NCBI GenBank assembly: GCA_035221665.1
Contig: CM069140.1
Span: forward strand, 52,142,001 to 52,206,000
Reading direction: 5' to 3'
DNA length: 64,000 bases
Source: Okamejei kenojei
Taxonomy: Eukaryota
Positions 26,292 through 38,383 of this stretch are shown piece by piece (positions within the stretch are counted from its first letter, which is position 1; the number at the start of each line of letters is the position of its first letter). The position numbers and the translations under genes were made by a program. The notes beneath the pieces are model-generated. The model was not told where the DNA came from and made no database searches. It saw only the letters and a program-made list of their open reading frames with translations.

Positions 26292-26449
26292 CTGGCCTCC
26301 CTTTCCTGGTTATCGAAACTAGCACCATCAAACCTTATAAGCGTGGATTTTACTGCAATGACGAAAGCATCAAGTATCCCTATAAGAATGGAGAAACAAT
26401 CAGTGATGCTGTGCTTTGTGCGGCTGGTATTCTAATCACCATCCTCTCT
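26292..26449 (+). CDS. PLPP3: PLPP3 (phospholipid phosphatase 3) canonical exon 2 (2B)
   Basis: Acceptor tcctttctattAG and donor GTAAGT at 26450. Length 158 nt, phase 1->0: (A)[52 protein letters not shown]. Closely matches recalled vertebrate LPP3 ([30 protein letters not shown]). Confidence 0.95.
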
Positions 26450-26958
26450 GTAAGTTTCCAATCACTTTGATCAAAATCAATTGTGCCTTTTTGTCTGCCA
26501 TTTGCAGAATTCCTTAGCAAAGATTGTTTATTTAATTAGAACATTTCAAAACTAATAAGCATTACAAAGTAAGCAAATCAGTAGTAAACAAATGTGTAAA
26601 ATTTGTTCCAATTTTGTTTTGTAACTAGATATACAGAGGACCTGATATTCTGCATTCTTTATGGGGTAGTCTATTTGTATCAAGTAGGCACAGAAAAAAA
26701 AATGATATTCCAGTGTTTCTCTTACTTTAAGAAATAATTGTCTGATCCATTTCAAAAGAGTGCTTGTGACAACACCTATGGATTACTTGTAAACAAATGT
26801 TTACACCAATTGTGACTTTTGAGATAAACGGAGTGAGAGAAATTGGAAGGTGCACCTGTCCCCCAAACAAAGAAGGTTTGTGAATATCAGGGCAAGAAGG
26901 CAAACTCGACTGTCTGCAGATTGCCCCAGTCACCCCTGAAAATAACCTCAGCTGAAGT

Positions 26959-26979
26959 TGTGTGTGTGTGTGTGTGTGT
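26959..26979. repeat. (TG)n microsatellite, about 10 units
   Basis: Read directly from the sequence. Confidence 0.9.
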
Positions 26980-27444
26980 CATGAGGCCAAATCAAGTATT
27001 AGTTGTGTTTCAAAGATTTGAAAATCCACTACTATTAAACCAAAGCTATGATTGGGCCATTAGATAGATCCATTTTCACTCTCTGCTGGGAGTGCATCCT
27101 TAAGCAAACCTTTCAGAATTTTCGAAGAGGAAATTGTTAAAGGTCCCAACCTTTCATCATAGACCCCTTTCATGAGGCTCGCTGTCGTGTTTTAGTTAAA
27201 TTCTCATGATGGATTCAGAACTGAAGAGGGAGGGGGTGGAAATTACAGAATTGAACAGGATTAAATTGCACCAAATGAGAAGAATCATTAGGAAGAAATC
27301 CTGATCCAGAGAATTCCCTCCAGAATGCATTAGAAATCTGCTTAAGTAGGTGGTTAAGGAAGTAAAATAGGAACTATTGTAACTCATTGAAAACTGACAC
27401 TCAGACATATATTAAAAAAACAGGAATGAATAGATCTGGTAAAA

Positions 27445-27790
27445 GAATGACCTCTTTTCTGAGGGACATAGATAGCGTAGATAGTCGCAACCATTTGCCC
27501 ATGTTAGAAGTGTCCAAAAGAAGAGGGCATAATTTTAAGACAAGGAGTAAGAAATTTAAAATAGATCTGAGGGGAAAAAAAATCACCCAGAAGGTTAGTT
27601 GCAACCTGCAATGCCCAACCTGAGGAGCTGGTGGAGATAAATACTCTCACAACTTTTAACAACCACTTGAATTGCCAAGCATAATAGCTACGATCCAAGT
27701 GCTGCTAAATGGGATTAGTATAGAAAATTGCTAGTGGTCGGTATTAACATGGTGGGTCAAAGGGCCCGTTTCTGCACTGTGCAGCTCCAC
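27445..27790 (+). mobile_element. CR1 3' end, degraded
   Basis: SKRRGHNFKTRSKKFKIDLRGKKITQKV plus the 3' hairpin gggtcaaagggcccgtttct. Confidence 0.7.
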
Positions 27791-29154
27791 AAATAGCTGA
27801 TTCCCAAGGATTTCCAAACTATTTCACGAAATGATTTTGAGTAGGCATGTTTATGAAACAAAATCTTCTGTGAACAATTGCTTTCTCCTTGACGATCCTT
27901 CTATGAGCACTAGAATGAAATTCTCCCTTTAGTTGTAAGAACTTGGAAGTACTGCTGGGATTAATACAACACTATAATTAATCCAATCTATTTTTATATT
28001 CAATAATTCTACTTCAATCTAAAATATATATTTTTTTGTACATGCTTGCTGGGCAAGAAAAACCTAATTGAAAGTCTAATTAAATGAAAGTGACTGTCCC
28101 CAAAGTTACTTACCTTGAAGTCAGTGCCAGAAATATCTCTACTTCAATGGCAATATATCAAAAAGTAGTTATTTCTGGTGAGTCTGCTACATTTTTGTTT
28201 CTATAGCAACACCGTTGCTTTGTGAATTGACTGCTCTTGTCAGGATTATGTAGGGTTGTCATTTTCAGTTTATGCCGGGTTGAAGAGGCCCTCAGGATTT
28301 ACGAATGCTCGGTTAACCAATGATACTAAAGTGTTTAAAAAGAAAAAAAAGTTATGATTAATAAAGTAAAGAAGAGCGCTTTAATACAAATGTGACAACT
28401 TTGGAAGGCCTAGGCTAATCAAAAGGGCTTAACACGAGAAAATGTAGTTACCTTTAAGCTTCGGATGATAAAATGTCCACATTGCATTGAGCAGATTTCA
28501 TAAAAGACTTAGTGATTCTATTTCTCTTTCCAGTCCACAATGTTCCAGTTGTGGAAGTACCATTGTGCTTCAGTCTCCAGGGTAGTTTCAATTTCTGTTT
28601 AGAATGAATGGCTGGGAGCACGGCATAACGGACTGAAATGGTTCTGAGGTAATTTCTTGTCTACGCCTACCTATTTCTGCAGGGATGAAATATTCATTTG
28701 TAGCTTGCAGCGCCAACAAATATTTTATTGCTCGTATACTTTAATTTACCTACTGGGTCACAACCAGCCTACAGTCTGGATAGTAAACAAATGGTACAAC
28801 TGATATGGAAAATAGCAAAATAATGCCAGAGACTGGCCCCTCAAAGGCCTCTTTACCATAATTTCTCTCAATAGATAGATCATGTGCAATTGTGGACCTT
28901 ACATCTTTAGATGTAAATTCGGATTTTGGACAAATGGGATGAAAGATTCTGTTGCCTGTGAAATTAGATTTCCCGCCTTATACTAGGTCCAATTGTTCAG
29001 GGCCTGAACTAAGCAGCATCTCAAAGATCCTTGTGACATTTGAGATGTGGCAAACACAGCAGAAGAGAGATGCCCCCCTATCTGTATTTCTATGTCCTCT
29101 GGAACTGTTTATTCTCCCTGATGTATTTCCTCTCCTATATGTTAAGTTTCTGTG

Positions 29155-29306
29155 AGACGTTAAAAGACATTTGGACAGGTATATGGATAGGAAATGTTTA
29201 GAGGGATATGGGTCAAACACGGACAAGTGGGACTAGTGCAGATGGAGCATTTTTGTTGGCATGGGAAAGTTGGGCCGAAGGGACCGTTTCCATACTCTAT
29301 GACTCT
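29155..29306 (+). mobile_element. CR1 3' UTR fragment
   Basis: ttggacaggtatatggatagg...gggccgaagggaccgtttcc...ctctatgactct. Confidence 0.8.
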
Positions 29307-29719
29307 GAAATTCTTTAGAAATTTAGTTGTGAGCTTTCGGGCATAGATTAGCAACGTGAAACTGACCATATATCAGCACATTTTGTCAGAATACGGGCAA
29401 TCCCATTCGGAAAAGCCACAGATGTCTGGTTTGAGAAACAGTGAACAGTCTTTTACAGAATATAAGTGTTCTCATAAAACGGGTTCATTTATATCTGTTT
29501 TGTACTTTGCCAGACCCAGGAGTCCTTGACATTTATTCAAAGTGGATAATTGTTTCAATCTGACCAATCGGCATCCTCATTTAATGAGCAAAAGTCTGAC
29601 CAAATTATATAAATTAAAATTCTGTGAGCAAACCTGACATTCTACTCCACTGATCCAATTTATTGGATATTTGCAAATCAAAAACATCTGTAGCTGAATT
29701 TATAGGGGACTTTTGCTTC

Positions 29720-30080
29720 AGGTGTGGCTCATTTGGTTATAATGTCACCTGTGCGTCTGAAAGTTGTAGGTTTAGTCCAAAGATTTAAGCAGGGAGAAGT
29801 CTTTAGTTATGTGGATATAAAACATCTCACAATAGTGTTTTGAAGGAGAACTGGGTGGTTATCAACTGTGCCCTAATATTTATTTCTAAATCAATATCTC
29901 TATTAAAAAAAAACAGATCATCAAATTATTGCCAATTTACTATTTTGGGAGCTTTGGAATTGATTGTTTTTCTTACATTGTGGCAGTGCATACATACACT
30001 TCAGAAAGTCTTTCATTGAGTGCGAAGTGCTTCAAGATGTCTGAGATCACACAAACCTTAATATAAATCCAAGTCTTTTA
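29720..30080 (+). mobile_element. Ancient DeuSINE-like element, highly diverged
   Basis: Same order of motifs as 23525-24302 (gtggctca head, gtggat..aaa.atc.ca core, cacttca..aag tail, tataaatccaagtcttt end). Confidence 0.45.
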
Positions 30081-30089
30081 ACAAGATGT

Positions 30090-30392
30090 GGGCAGCACAT
30101 TGGTGCAGTGGTTGAGCTGCTGCCTCGTAGAGTCAGAAACCCGAGTTCAATCCTAACCTCGGGTGCTGTCTGTGTGGTGTTTGCACATTCTCCCTGTGAC
30201 CTTGTGTGTTTCCTCCGGATGTTCCGGTTTCCTCCCAGATCCCAAAGACATGTGGGTTTGTAGGTTAATGGGCCTCTGTAAATTGCCCCTAGTGTATAAT
30301 GGGATAACTAGTGTGAATGGCTGATCAATTGTGCGTATGGGCCAAAGGGCCTGTTTCCATGCTGTATCTCTAAACAGTGATCTAAACTAAAC
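30090..30392 (+). mobile_element. HE1/V-SINE-like SINE, near full length
   Basis: A box tggtgcagtgg, B box gagttcaatcc, central tccggtttcctccca domain, CR1-like tail ending in (taaac) repeats. Confidence 0.85.
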
Positions 30393-30679
30393 TGTGAAAA
30401 GATAATACTTTACATGGTGATTCAGAGGAGTTATCAAGTAAAATTATTACTGAGGCACATTGGACATTACAGCAGATAAACAAAATCTTAGTTAAAGAGT
30501 TCGAGTTTTAAAAATTGACCTAATTTCCTTTGAGGGTTGTATTAGAAATTGATTTGTGTGCCCAACTTGAAGTGGTGAAATTTTGAGCCTTGTCCAGCAC
30601 CATTCATAAACACTCTTTGTGAAGCAATTAAAATCAGGATGCTCAAAAGCCCAGAATTGGAGGAGTCTTGAAATTCAAT

Positions 30680-31070
30680 AGGTGCACGCTGAGGGGTGAC
30701 CTTATAGAAATATATAAAATCATTAAAGGTGAATAGATGAGGTGAATGACCATAGTCTTTTTCCCAGCTTAGATGATCAAGAACTAGAGAGCATATGTTT
30801 AAAGTGCGAGTAGAATGATGTAATAGGAACCTGAGGGGCAACAGTTTTATACTGAGGTTGATACATCTATTGAAAGAAATTCCAGTGGAAGAGGTTGAAG
30901 CAGCCACATTAACAATATTTAAAATACATTTTGGTACGTACATAGATAAGAAAGGTTTAGAGGGGTAGGGTCAAATATTGGCAAATGAGGCAAGGTTAGA
31001 TGGGCATCTTGGTCGGCATAAATTAGTTGGGCCAAAGGACTTGTTTCAATGCTGTATAACTCCATAACTT
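30680..31070 (+). mobile_element. CR1 3' end
   Basis: LRGDLIEIYKIIK, gaacctgaggggcaac, and the 3' hairpin. Confidence 0.8.
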
Positions 31071-31454
31071 GGTTTAACTGGGAGTTAATATTGGTCAAGG
31101 AGCACAGGGGTGAGTGGTGAATTGGGCTTGGTTATGATAAAAAGCAAAAGAGTTTTTAAGGACCTTAATTTCATGGAGAGTAGACATGGGAGGGTAGCCA
31201 GGAACGCATTGGAATTTTCAAATCTTGTTGAATAACAAGATTATCAACAAATTAGTTGAAGTAGGATAGAGTTTGTGGTGTCACCAAGATCGAAATAAGG
31301 AGTCGTAATGATATTATGGATATGTGATCAGATGCATATCTCAGAGTTAAATATGCCACCAAGTTTTGAAGTTATGAATAGTGGATAGATTTTTTTTGGC
31401 ACAGAACCAAAGATAATGATTGTTAAGGGAGTAAATTTCAATAAATCTCAAAGA

Positions 31455-32622
31455 TCAGGCTGTTATTTATCGATTACAGCTCGGCATTTAACACGATCAT
31501 CCCCTCCAAGCTGGTTACCAAACTCGCAGAACTGGGTCTCTGCGCATCCCTCTGCAATTGGATCCTCGACTTCCTCATTCACAGACCACAGTCTGTTCGT
31601 ATTGGTGGAAATGTGTCAGCCTCGATAACAATCAGCACGGGAGCACCTCAAGGCTGCGTGCTCAGCCCCCTGCTGTACTCACTCTATACTCATGACTGCG
31701 TAGCCGGTCACAGTGCGAACTCCATCATCAAGTTCGCTGACGACACCACTGTTGTGGGACGTATCACTGATGGGGATGAGTCGGAGTACAGAAGAGAGAT
31801 CGAGCAACTGTCCGTGTGGTGCCAGCACAACAACCTGGCCCTCAACACCAGCAAAACCAAAGAACTCATTGTGGACTTTGGAATGAGTAGGATGGTGACC
31901 CACAGTCCCGTTTATATAAACGGGTCGATGGTTGAAAGGGTCAAGAGCTTCAAATTCCTGGGCGTGCACATCTCTGATCTTTCCTGGTCCGAGAACACTA
32001 ATGCAATCATCAAGAAAGCACATCAGCGCCTCTACTTCCTGAAAAGATTATGGAGAGTCGGTTTGTCAAGGAGGACTATCTCTAACCTCTTCAGGTGCAC
32101 AGTAGAGAGCATGCTGACCGGTTGCATCGTGGCTTGGTTTGGCAACTTAAGTGCCCTGGAGAGGAAAATACTACAAAAATAGTAAACACTGCCCAGTCCA
32201 TCATCGGCTGACTTTCCTTCCATCGAGGGAATTTATCGCAGTCGCTGCCTCAAAAAGGCTGGCAGTGTCATCAAAGACCCACACCATCCGGGCCATACAC
32301 TCATCTCCCTGCTACCTTCAGGTAGAAGGTACAGGAGCCTGAAGACTGCAACGACCAGGTTCAGAAATAGCTACTTCCCCAAAGCCATCAGGCTATTAAA
32401 CCTGGCTCGGACAAAACTCTGATTATTAATAACGCATTATCTGTTATTTGCACTTTATCAGTTTATTTATTCATGTGTGTATATATTTATATTATGATAT
32501 ATGGACACACTGATCTGTTTTGTAGTAAATGCCTACTATGTTCTGTGTGCTGAAGCAAAGAAAGAATTTCATTGTCCTATCAGGGACACATGACAATAAA
32601 CTCACTTGAACTATTGAACTTG
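31455..32622 (+). mobile_element. 5'-truncated Rex1/Babar-clade non-LTR retrotransposon (RT C-terminal half plus 3' UTR)
   Basis: Frame open from about 31457: [19 protein letters not shown]...[22 protein letters not shown]...[11 protein letters not shown]...[15 protein letters not shown]...FKFLGVHI...KAHQRLYFL. Frameshift near 32175. 3' AATAAA plus cttgaa repeats. Confidence 0.9.
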
Positions 32623-32709
32623 AGATAAGCGGGTGGGTCAAGGAAGCAAGTAGTCAAAATTTGGGAAGATCAATGCACATGTGAAGTCTGTGTCTGATGA
32701 TATTGAATG

Positions 32710-32996
32710 TTTAGTTTGGAGATACAGCATGGCAACAGGCACTTCGGTCCACCATGTCTGCGCGATCCCACACACTAATGCCATCGTACACACACTAGGG
32801 ACAATTTACAATTATACCAAGCCAATTAACCTACAGACCTGTATGTCTTTGGAGTGTGGGAGGAAACTGGAGAAACCCACGCAGGTCATGGGGAGAACGT
32901 ACAAACTCCATGCAGGCAGCACCCCTAGTCAGGATCAAACCTGGGTTTCCGGCGCGGAAAGGCAGCAACTCTACCACTGCGCCACCGTGCCGCCCT
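32710..32996 (-). mobile_element. HE1/V-SINE-like SINE
   Basis: Ends ggcagcaactctaccactgcgccaccgtgccgccc (reverse complement of the tRNA-like head). Confidence 0.85.
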
Positions 32997-33884
32997 TAGG
33001 CATGTTAGTGAAAACTAGGAAGAGCCAAATAAGAAGCATCTGGGATACTGAAAGTAATTTAGGGGATGTACTTTCTAGTACATATAGTGTTGCATTTATG
33101 GTTTATCTCAACTGTATTCTTAACATACCTCATTTACAAGGGTAGATTGATGCAGATGTATTACTTTCAGGATTTTGATAATGTGCAATTGTTTGCTTGG
33201 GTCTATCTTGGCTTCCCTTATATTTTATCTTCCTACCCCATAATTAAGGGCTTGATCTATTGTTGGGGCCTCTTCTTACAGCATTGTGGAATTTGAGAGA
33301 TTTGCCTGTGTTGAAGAGCACATGACTGACTCTGTGACAAGGATTAATCTGAATGAGTGCACACACTGGGTCCATTGTGCATAATTATAACATACTTAAA
33401 GAGAAGGTAAAAGTCTAGATTATAGTGCAGCTGTAAAGAGCAATGCAAGAAAATGGCAACTATCAATAAATGATTTTTAGCAGTATATTATCCAGATTTT
33501 AAGATTTTAAATAAGTGTCTGAAAACAATTTTCAGTGTGGACTTGTTCAATATATTTTGTATGGAAATTCTTACTGTGTACAAAATTGTTGCAATAAAAA
33601 GGAACTGCAGCTGCTGGTTTTTTACCAAAGATAGACTCAAAATGCTGGACTAACTCAGGAGGTCAGGAGCAATAGAATATTGTTGTTGTGGATCTGGATT
33701 ACATTGATAGTTCTCACTATTTTGATAATGAGTTTATCTTCTGGCTATGCACCAGATCATAACATGCATCTTGAGATAGCAGGCTGTTTAGTCTGAGGTA
33801 CTTAACCAACGTAGTACACTCAGATTGCAGATCTCATTTGCATGAGGGAATCTAGGTACCAAGTGAATGAACCAACATTAAGCA

Positions 33885-34508
33885 CGCAGGTACAGCAGGC
33901 AGTGAAGAAAGCTAATGGTATGTTGACCTTCATAAAAAGAGGAGTTGAGAATAGGAGCAAAGAGGTCCTTCTGCATTGTGTGCAGTTTTGGTCTCCAAAT
34001 TTGAGGAAGGACATTCTTGCTATTGAGGGAGTGCAGCGTAGGTTCACAAGGTTAATTCCCGGGATGCGGGACTGTCATATGCTGAGAGAATGGAGCGGCT
34101 GGGCTTGTATACTCTGGAATTTAGAAGGATGAGAGGATATCTTATTGAAACATATAAGATTATTAAGCATTTGGACATGCTAGGGGCAGGAAACATGTTC
34201 CCGATATTGGGGGAGTCCAGAACCAGGGCCCACAGTTTAAGAATAAGGGGTAAGCCATTTAGAACGGAAATGAGGAAACACTTTTTCACACAGAGTTGTG
34301 AGTCTGTGGAATTCTCTGCCTCAGAGTGTGGTGGAGGCCGGTTCTCTGGATACTTTCAAGAGAGAGCTAGATCGGGCTCTTAAAGATAGCAGAGTCAGGG
34401 TATATGGGGAGAAGGCAAGAACTGATTGTGGATGATCAGCCATGGTCACATTGAATGGCGGTGCTGGCTCGAAGGGCCGAATGGCCTACTCGTGCACCTA
34501 TTGTCTAT
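33885..34508 (+). mobile_element. CR1 LINE 3' ~620 bp
   Basis: QVQQAVKKANGML..CVQFWSPNLRKDILAIEGVQRRFTRLIPGM / ERLGLYTLEFRRMRGYLIETYKII...TRAHSLRIRG plus the 3' hairpin gaagggccgaatggcctactc. Confidence 0.9.
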
Positions 34509-34751
34509 ACTTCTATTATCCTCTCCTTTGGCATATATGGGATAACGCATTAACCTTTTATATCTTTATGTAGAATTATAGCTTGCATTAACTATTTCTA
34601 GTATTGAATTAGCGTAAGAAGGAATTTCAAACTGATCGCACAAAACTTCCATTGAAGCCACCCGCAAACAAAAGCAGAGAGGTTTCAAGTCACATGAATA
34701 AAATCATGACCTCCAACATCAATGTTGGGGTATTTGGGTATTGTCGGCGGC

Positions 34752-35090
34752 CAGGGGCAGCATAATTGCTAAGTTATAGTAGGTAGTGCAGGTTTCTTAG
34801 ATTTCTAATGACCCAGATTCGATCCTGATCTCCAGGGTTGTCTGTATGGAATTCACATATTCTCCTCATGACCATGTGGCTTTTGCTTTCGGTGCTCCAC
34901 TTTCCTTTCAAGTCGCAAAGACTTACTGGTTGGTAGGCTAATCCTTTACCCTGAATTGTCACTGGCATAGGTATATGACAAGAGAATGATGGGGGAATTG
35001 AAGGCATGTGAGAGAGTAGGTTATAGGGAAATACTTGAGGGATTGAACCTGAGGGTTGGCATAGTCTTGATGGGCAGAATAGTCTCCTGA
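34752..35090 (+). mobile_element. Diverged V-SINE-like SINE
   Basis: B-box-like gattcgatcct and the central tggaattcacatattctcctcatgaccatgtgg...tccactttcct domain. Confidence 0.55.
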
Positions 35091-36684
35091 GTTGTCGGAT
35101 GGCATAATACAGTAATGGAGTACAATAATGGAGTAAACATAATACCTGTAATCTAACTTACTGCTTGATATCTTTAAAGTTTGCTTTATTTGGCAGCATT
35201 TCCACCTTTTGCAATAATTACTGCAACAAATGGAAAATATTTGTTTATTCGTAATGTGATTCCATGATTATGATAATCCAGACTGATGATCAAAAGTACT
35301 ACATGAAATAACATAAATATAAGAGATGTAAAAGAATGAAAGTGAAGAGGCAATTAACTTGGAAATGTCTAATGCAAAACACAGCTTTTAATAAGTAGGA
35401 GTAAAGGAAGGAAAGGAAATGATTTTGTATTCTCTTTAGAGGCTAGTGCAAAATGATTTGAGGAATAAATAACTGTACATCAAATCTTTCACTGATAAAT
35501 CAAAAAAATCTATTTGTATTATATGTGAAAGTACGCAAATCAAATTTTGCATGTGTTAAAGTGCAAATTGCATTGAAGTGTAACAGGCACGCTTATAGTA
35601 TGTTTGATTCCAAACTTTCTCCAAAAGAAACAGCAAGAGCTTTGCTGAAGGCAGCTGCTGATCCTCTTAGTTTTTATTGGAAAGCCGAGAAATAATGGAG
35701 ACCTTGGAGGCCCTCAGGGTTGCTATGGAGAATATATATCTTAGACTGAAGTTGAATCCACAAAAATTAAGAAATGTTAATAAGATAGTCAAGTGAATTA
35801 AGGATGTTAACAATGACATAACTAGCACAGGGTAAATGTTTTGTGAAGGTGAAAAGCATTTGCTACAATTCACAGAAACTTATAACATGTTTATGTAGAG
35901 TTTATTAAAAACATATCATCGCTGTAAATGGGTCCTTTGAGTTCTAAGACTGAAACTTCAGTTTTATTCCAGCTGTGCTGAATTACTATGTTTCAATTCC
36001 TCTGACATTTGAGATCTTGCTGTAAATTATTGGCCCTCATTAAGGTCCTGTATGTTCCCAATTAAAACAGGGGTAGACTATACACGCACCTGTGGTCTTT
36101 TGGGTAAACTATTGCCTGATGATGAGATATGATTCTCTTAGAGAGATCTCTCAGGTCTTCAAAATTGCAAAGACCATGTGCAGACAATATAATGTGAATA
36201 AGTGTAGGCTTATTATCCATTTAAATGTTATACTGTTGAACTTAACACATCTTCAAGGAATACTGCAGGAATTGACATCACTCTACTAGCCCGTGACAGG
36301 ATATTCTGAAGCTCTCCTACTCTTTGGCAAAGCCATCAAACAATTCCCTCCAGCTGTGAATGGAGCCTCTGGATTATACACCTCTCTGTTAACTGCTCTA
36401 CATTTATTCTGTTTTTGTCCAACAGGAGGCAAAATTCAAGATCCAATAGCATAAACTTATCTGACTTTTTAAGCTGAACTACAATTTTTATTTCCACAAG
36501 ACTCCATTCAAAGCACAATATTTTTGTGGTAATGGGCAGTATCTTTTACATTTCTCCCTGGTTGAAGCCAATAGAAATATGACCTCTGAATTTCCTGATG
36601 GTATGTCAATGACTTGGACCTTGTGTAATTCAGGGTCCTGCCCTTCCTCCCTTCCAGATTTCTTCCCTTGTGCCCTACATCAAT

Positions 36685-36778
36685 CAGTCTGAAGCAGGAT
36701 CCTGACCCGAATCATCTAATATCTATGTTCTCCAGGGATGCTGCCTGACCTGCTGAGTTACTCCAGCACTTTGTGCCT
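36685..36778 (+). mobile_element. Penelope-like terminal repeat copy, degraded
   Basis: cagtctgaagcaggatcctgacccgaa...gatgctgcctgacctgctgagttactccagcac. Confidence 0.7.
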
Positions 36779-38383
36779 TAAATTCTCTTTTTTGCATAGC
36801 AAGCTTGGGGCGATCTCCTTTCCCTTCAGTTGCCACAAAATATTTACCTGGTGATGCCAGTAGTCTCAGTTTGAAATTGAATCAAAACATTGACTGACAT
36901 TTGGGGCACTCGTACCTTTCTGCGTGTTGGTATGTTCCTTCCCTTATATTCCCAGTGAAAATCCCACTGAGAATCTGATGTGCAGTCAGGAAACATCCCA
37001 GTTCAGGGGAAATGGATTGATTTGTGAGGCAACTCTGAAGCAGCAGAAATCCAAATCCACATCATTTTCCCACCTGCCTGTCCTGAGCAGTGCTCAGTTT
37101 GGCTCCGCGGATCAGCAATGAAAGAGTGTTTCATCCATGGTTAGATGAGATGATCAATTTCGTTCCTCATAATCCATTGACATGCATTTAGCGATCATAT
37201 CACAGATCATGTTTTGTATAGATAACCGACCTTGAGACCAAAGACATGTAACTTGCAGATTTGGTTATTTGCCTGGCTGGGAAGATCTTTCCTCTTTTTC
37301 TTCAAAATTCAGGACTGAGGGAAACCAAATCATGCAGAGATGGGTTCCCTGAAAAACAAATTAATTATCTCCCACCCTTTAACACCATTGCAGTTCATAA
37401 CAATAGATTATAGTAGGAACATACTTTGTCTGGTATTATTGGCAGGACATAGATTGTATAATATATATTTATGTTCCTTATGTCTCATTCTAAAGTACTA
37501 GTCCATTTTTAGGCATATGCATTCAATAGTTATTGTAATGTAAAACCCTGGAGGCGAACATCCATTTCAATTCATAAACGAGATACTGAAGAGGTGATGA
37601 ATGCTAGGAAGAAAAATCAAATCCAATGTGTTTAAAGAACTACTGTGAATAATGAATGCGTTTAAAATATAGTTATTTTCACATGGATTTGAACAGCTCA
37701 CAATTAAGCAAAAAATAATTTTCACTCAGTTGGTCTTAAAGTTTAACACTATGAAATAAAAAAAGACTATTAAATAATGTACTTTCTCAATAGATAGTAT
37801 TTTTAATTCTTGAATTTATGTTGATTTCTTATGCAAGGATGGTGGTGCGATTAGGAACTGGCCATAACTTTGCAAAATAATATTTTATGTTATCTGATGC
37901 GCACAATGGGGTTCACAAGAGAATTATTCACTTTTGCTCATAATCTTGGGAAGCAACTTGGGGGTAACGATTATGTCAGGCAATTAAAATAAAAAGAATA
38001 ATTTCAAAACTAACCGATTAGCTGTATTGTTTTTGATCTGTCAGGATTTGCACTGCAGCAGCTGTGAAATATCTGCTGCTGCATAAAGCTGCCAATGTGG
38101 TGATAAGCCAAGTGAGACTTCCTAGCCAGTTGTGTTGGGAACTGGGTGTACTCCAAAAATTCTTCTGATGTAATAGCACCCGTTCATCTTCAGCTGAAAT
38201 AAGAATTTTGGATCGTTACTTTTAACCTTTATTTGCTCTTCCCATTGGGATGAAAAGATCATTGTTATTGGTCATTCAAGATGGGAAATGGCCATTTGTA
38301 CTACATCAACATAATAATTGAATGGTCACCAAACTCTCCCTAATTTGGTGCTGTGGCATTTGTTGCATCTGAGAGAAAGAAAA

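Noticed and set aside
26105-26470. 121-aa ORF treated as a standalone gene
   Set aside because: Only 26292-26449 is LPP-homologous and splice-bounded. The rest is intronic read-through.
30090-30160. tRNA gene (also at 40550 and 32930-32996)
   Set aside because: A/B boxes are present but run into SINE body and tail. These are tRNA-derived SINE heads.
31613-32182. Functional host reverse transcriptase gene
   Set aside because: It is 5'-truncated, frameshifted near 32175 and followed by a LINE 3' UTR.
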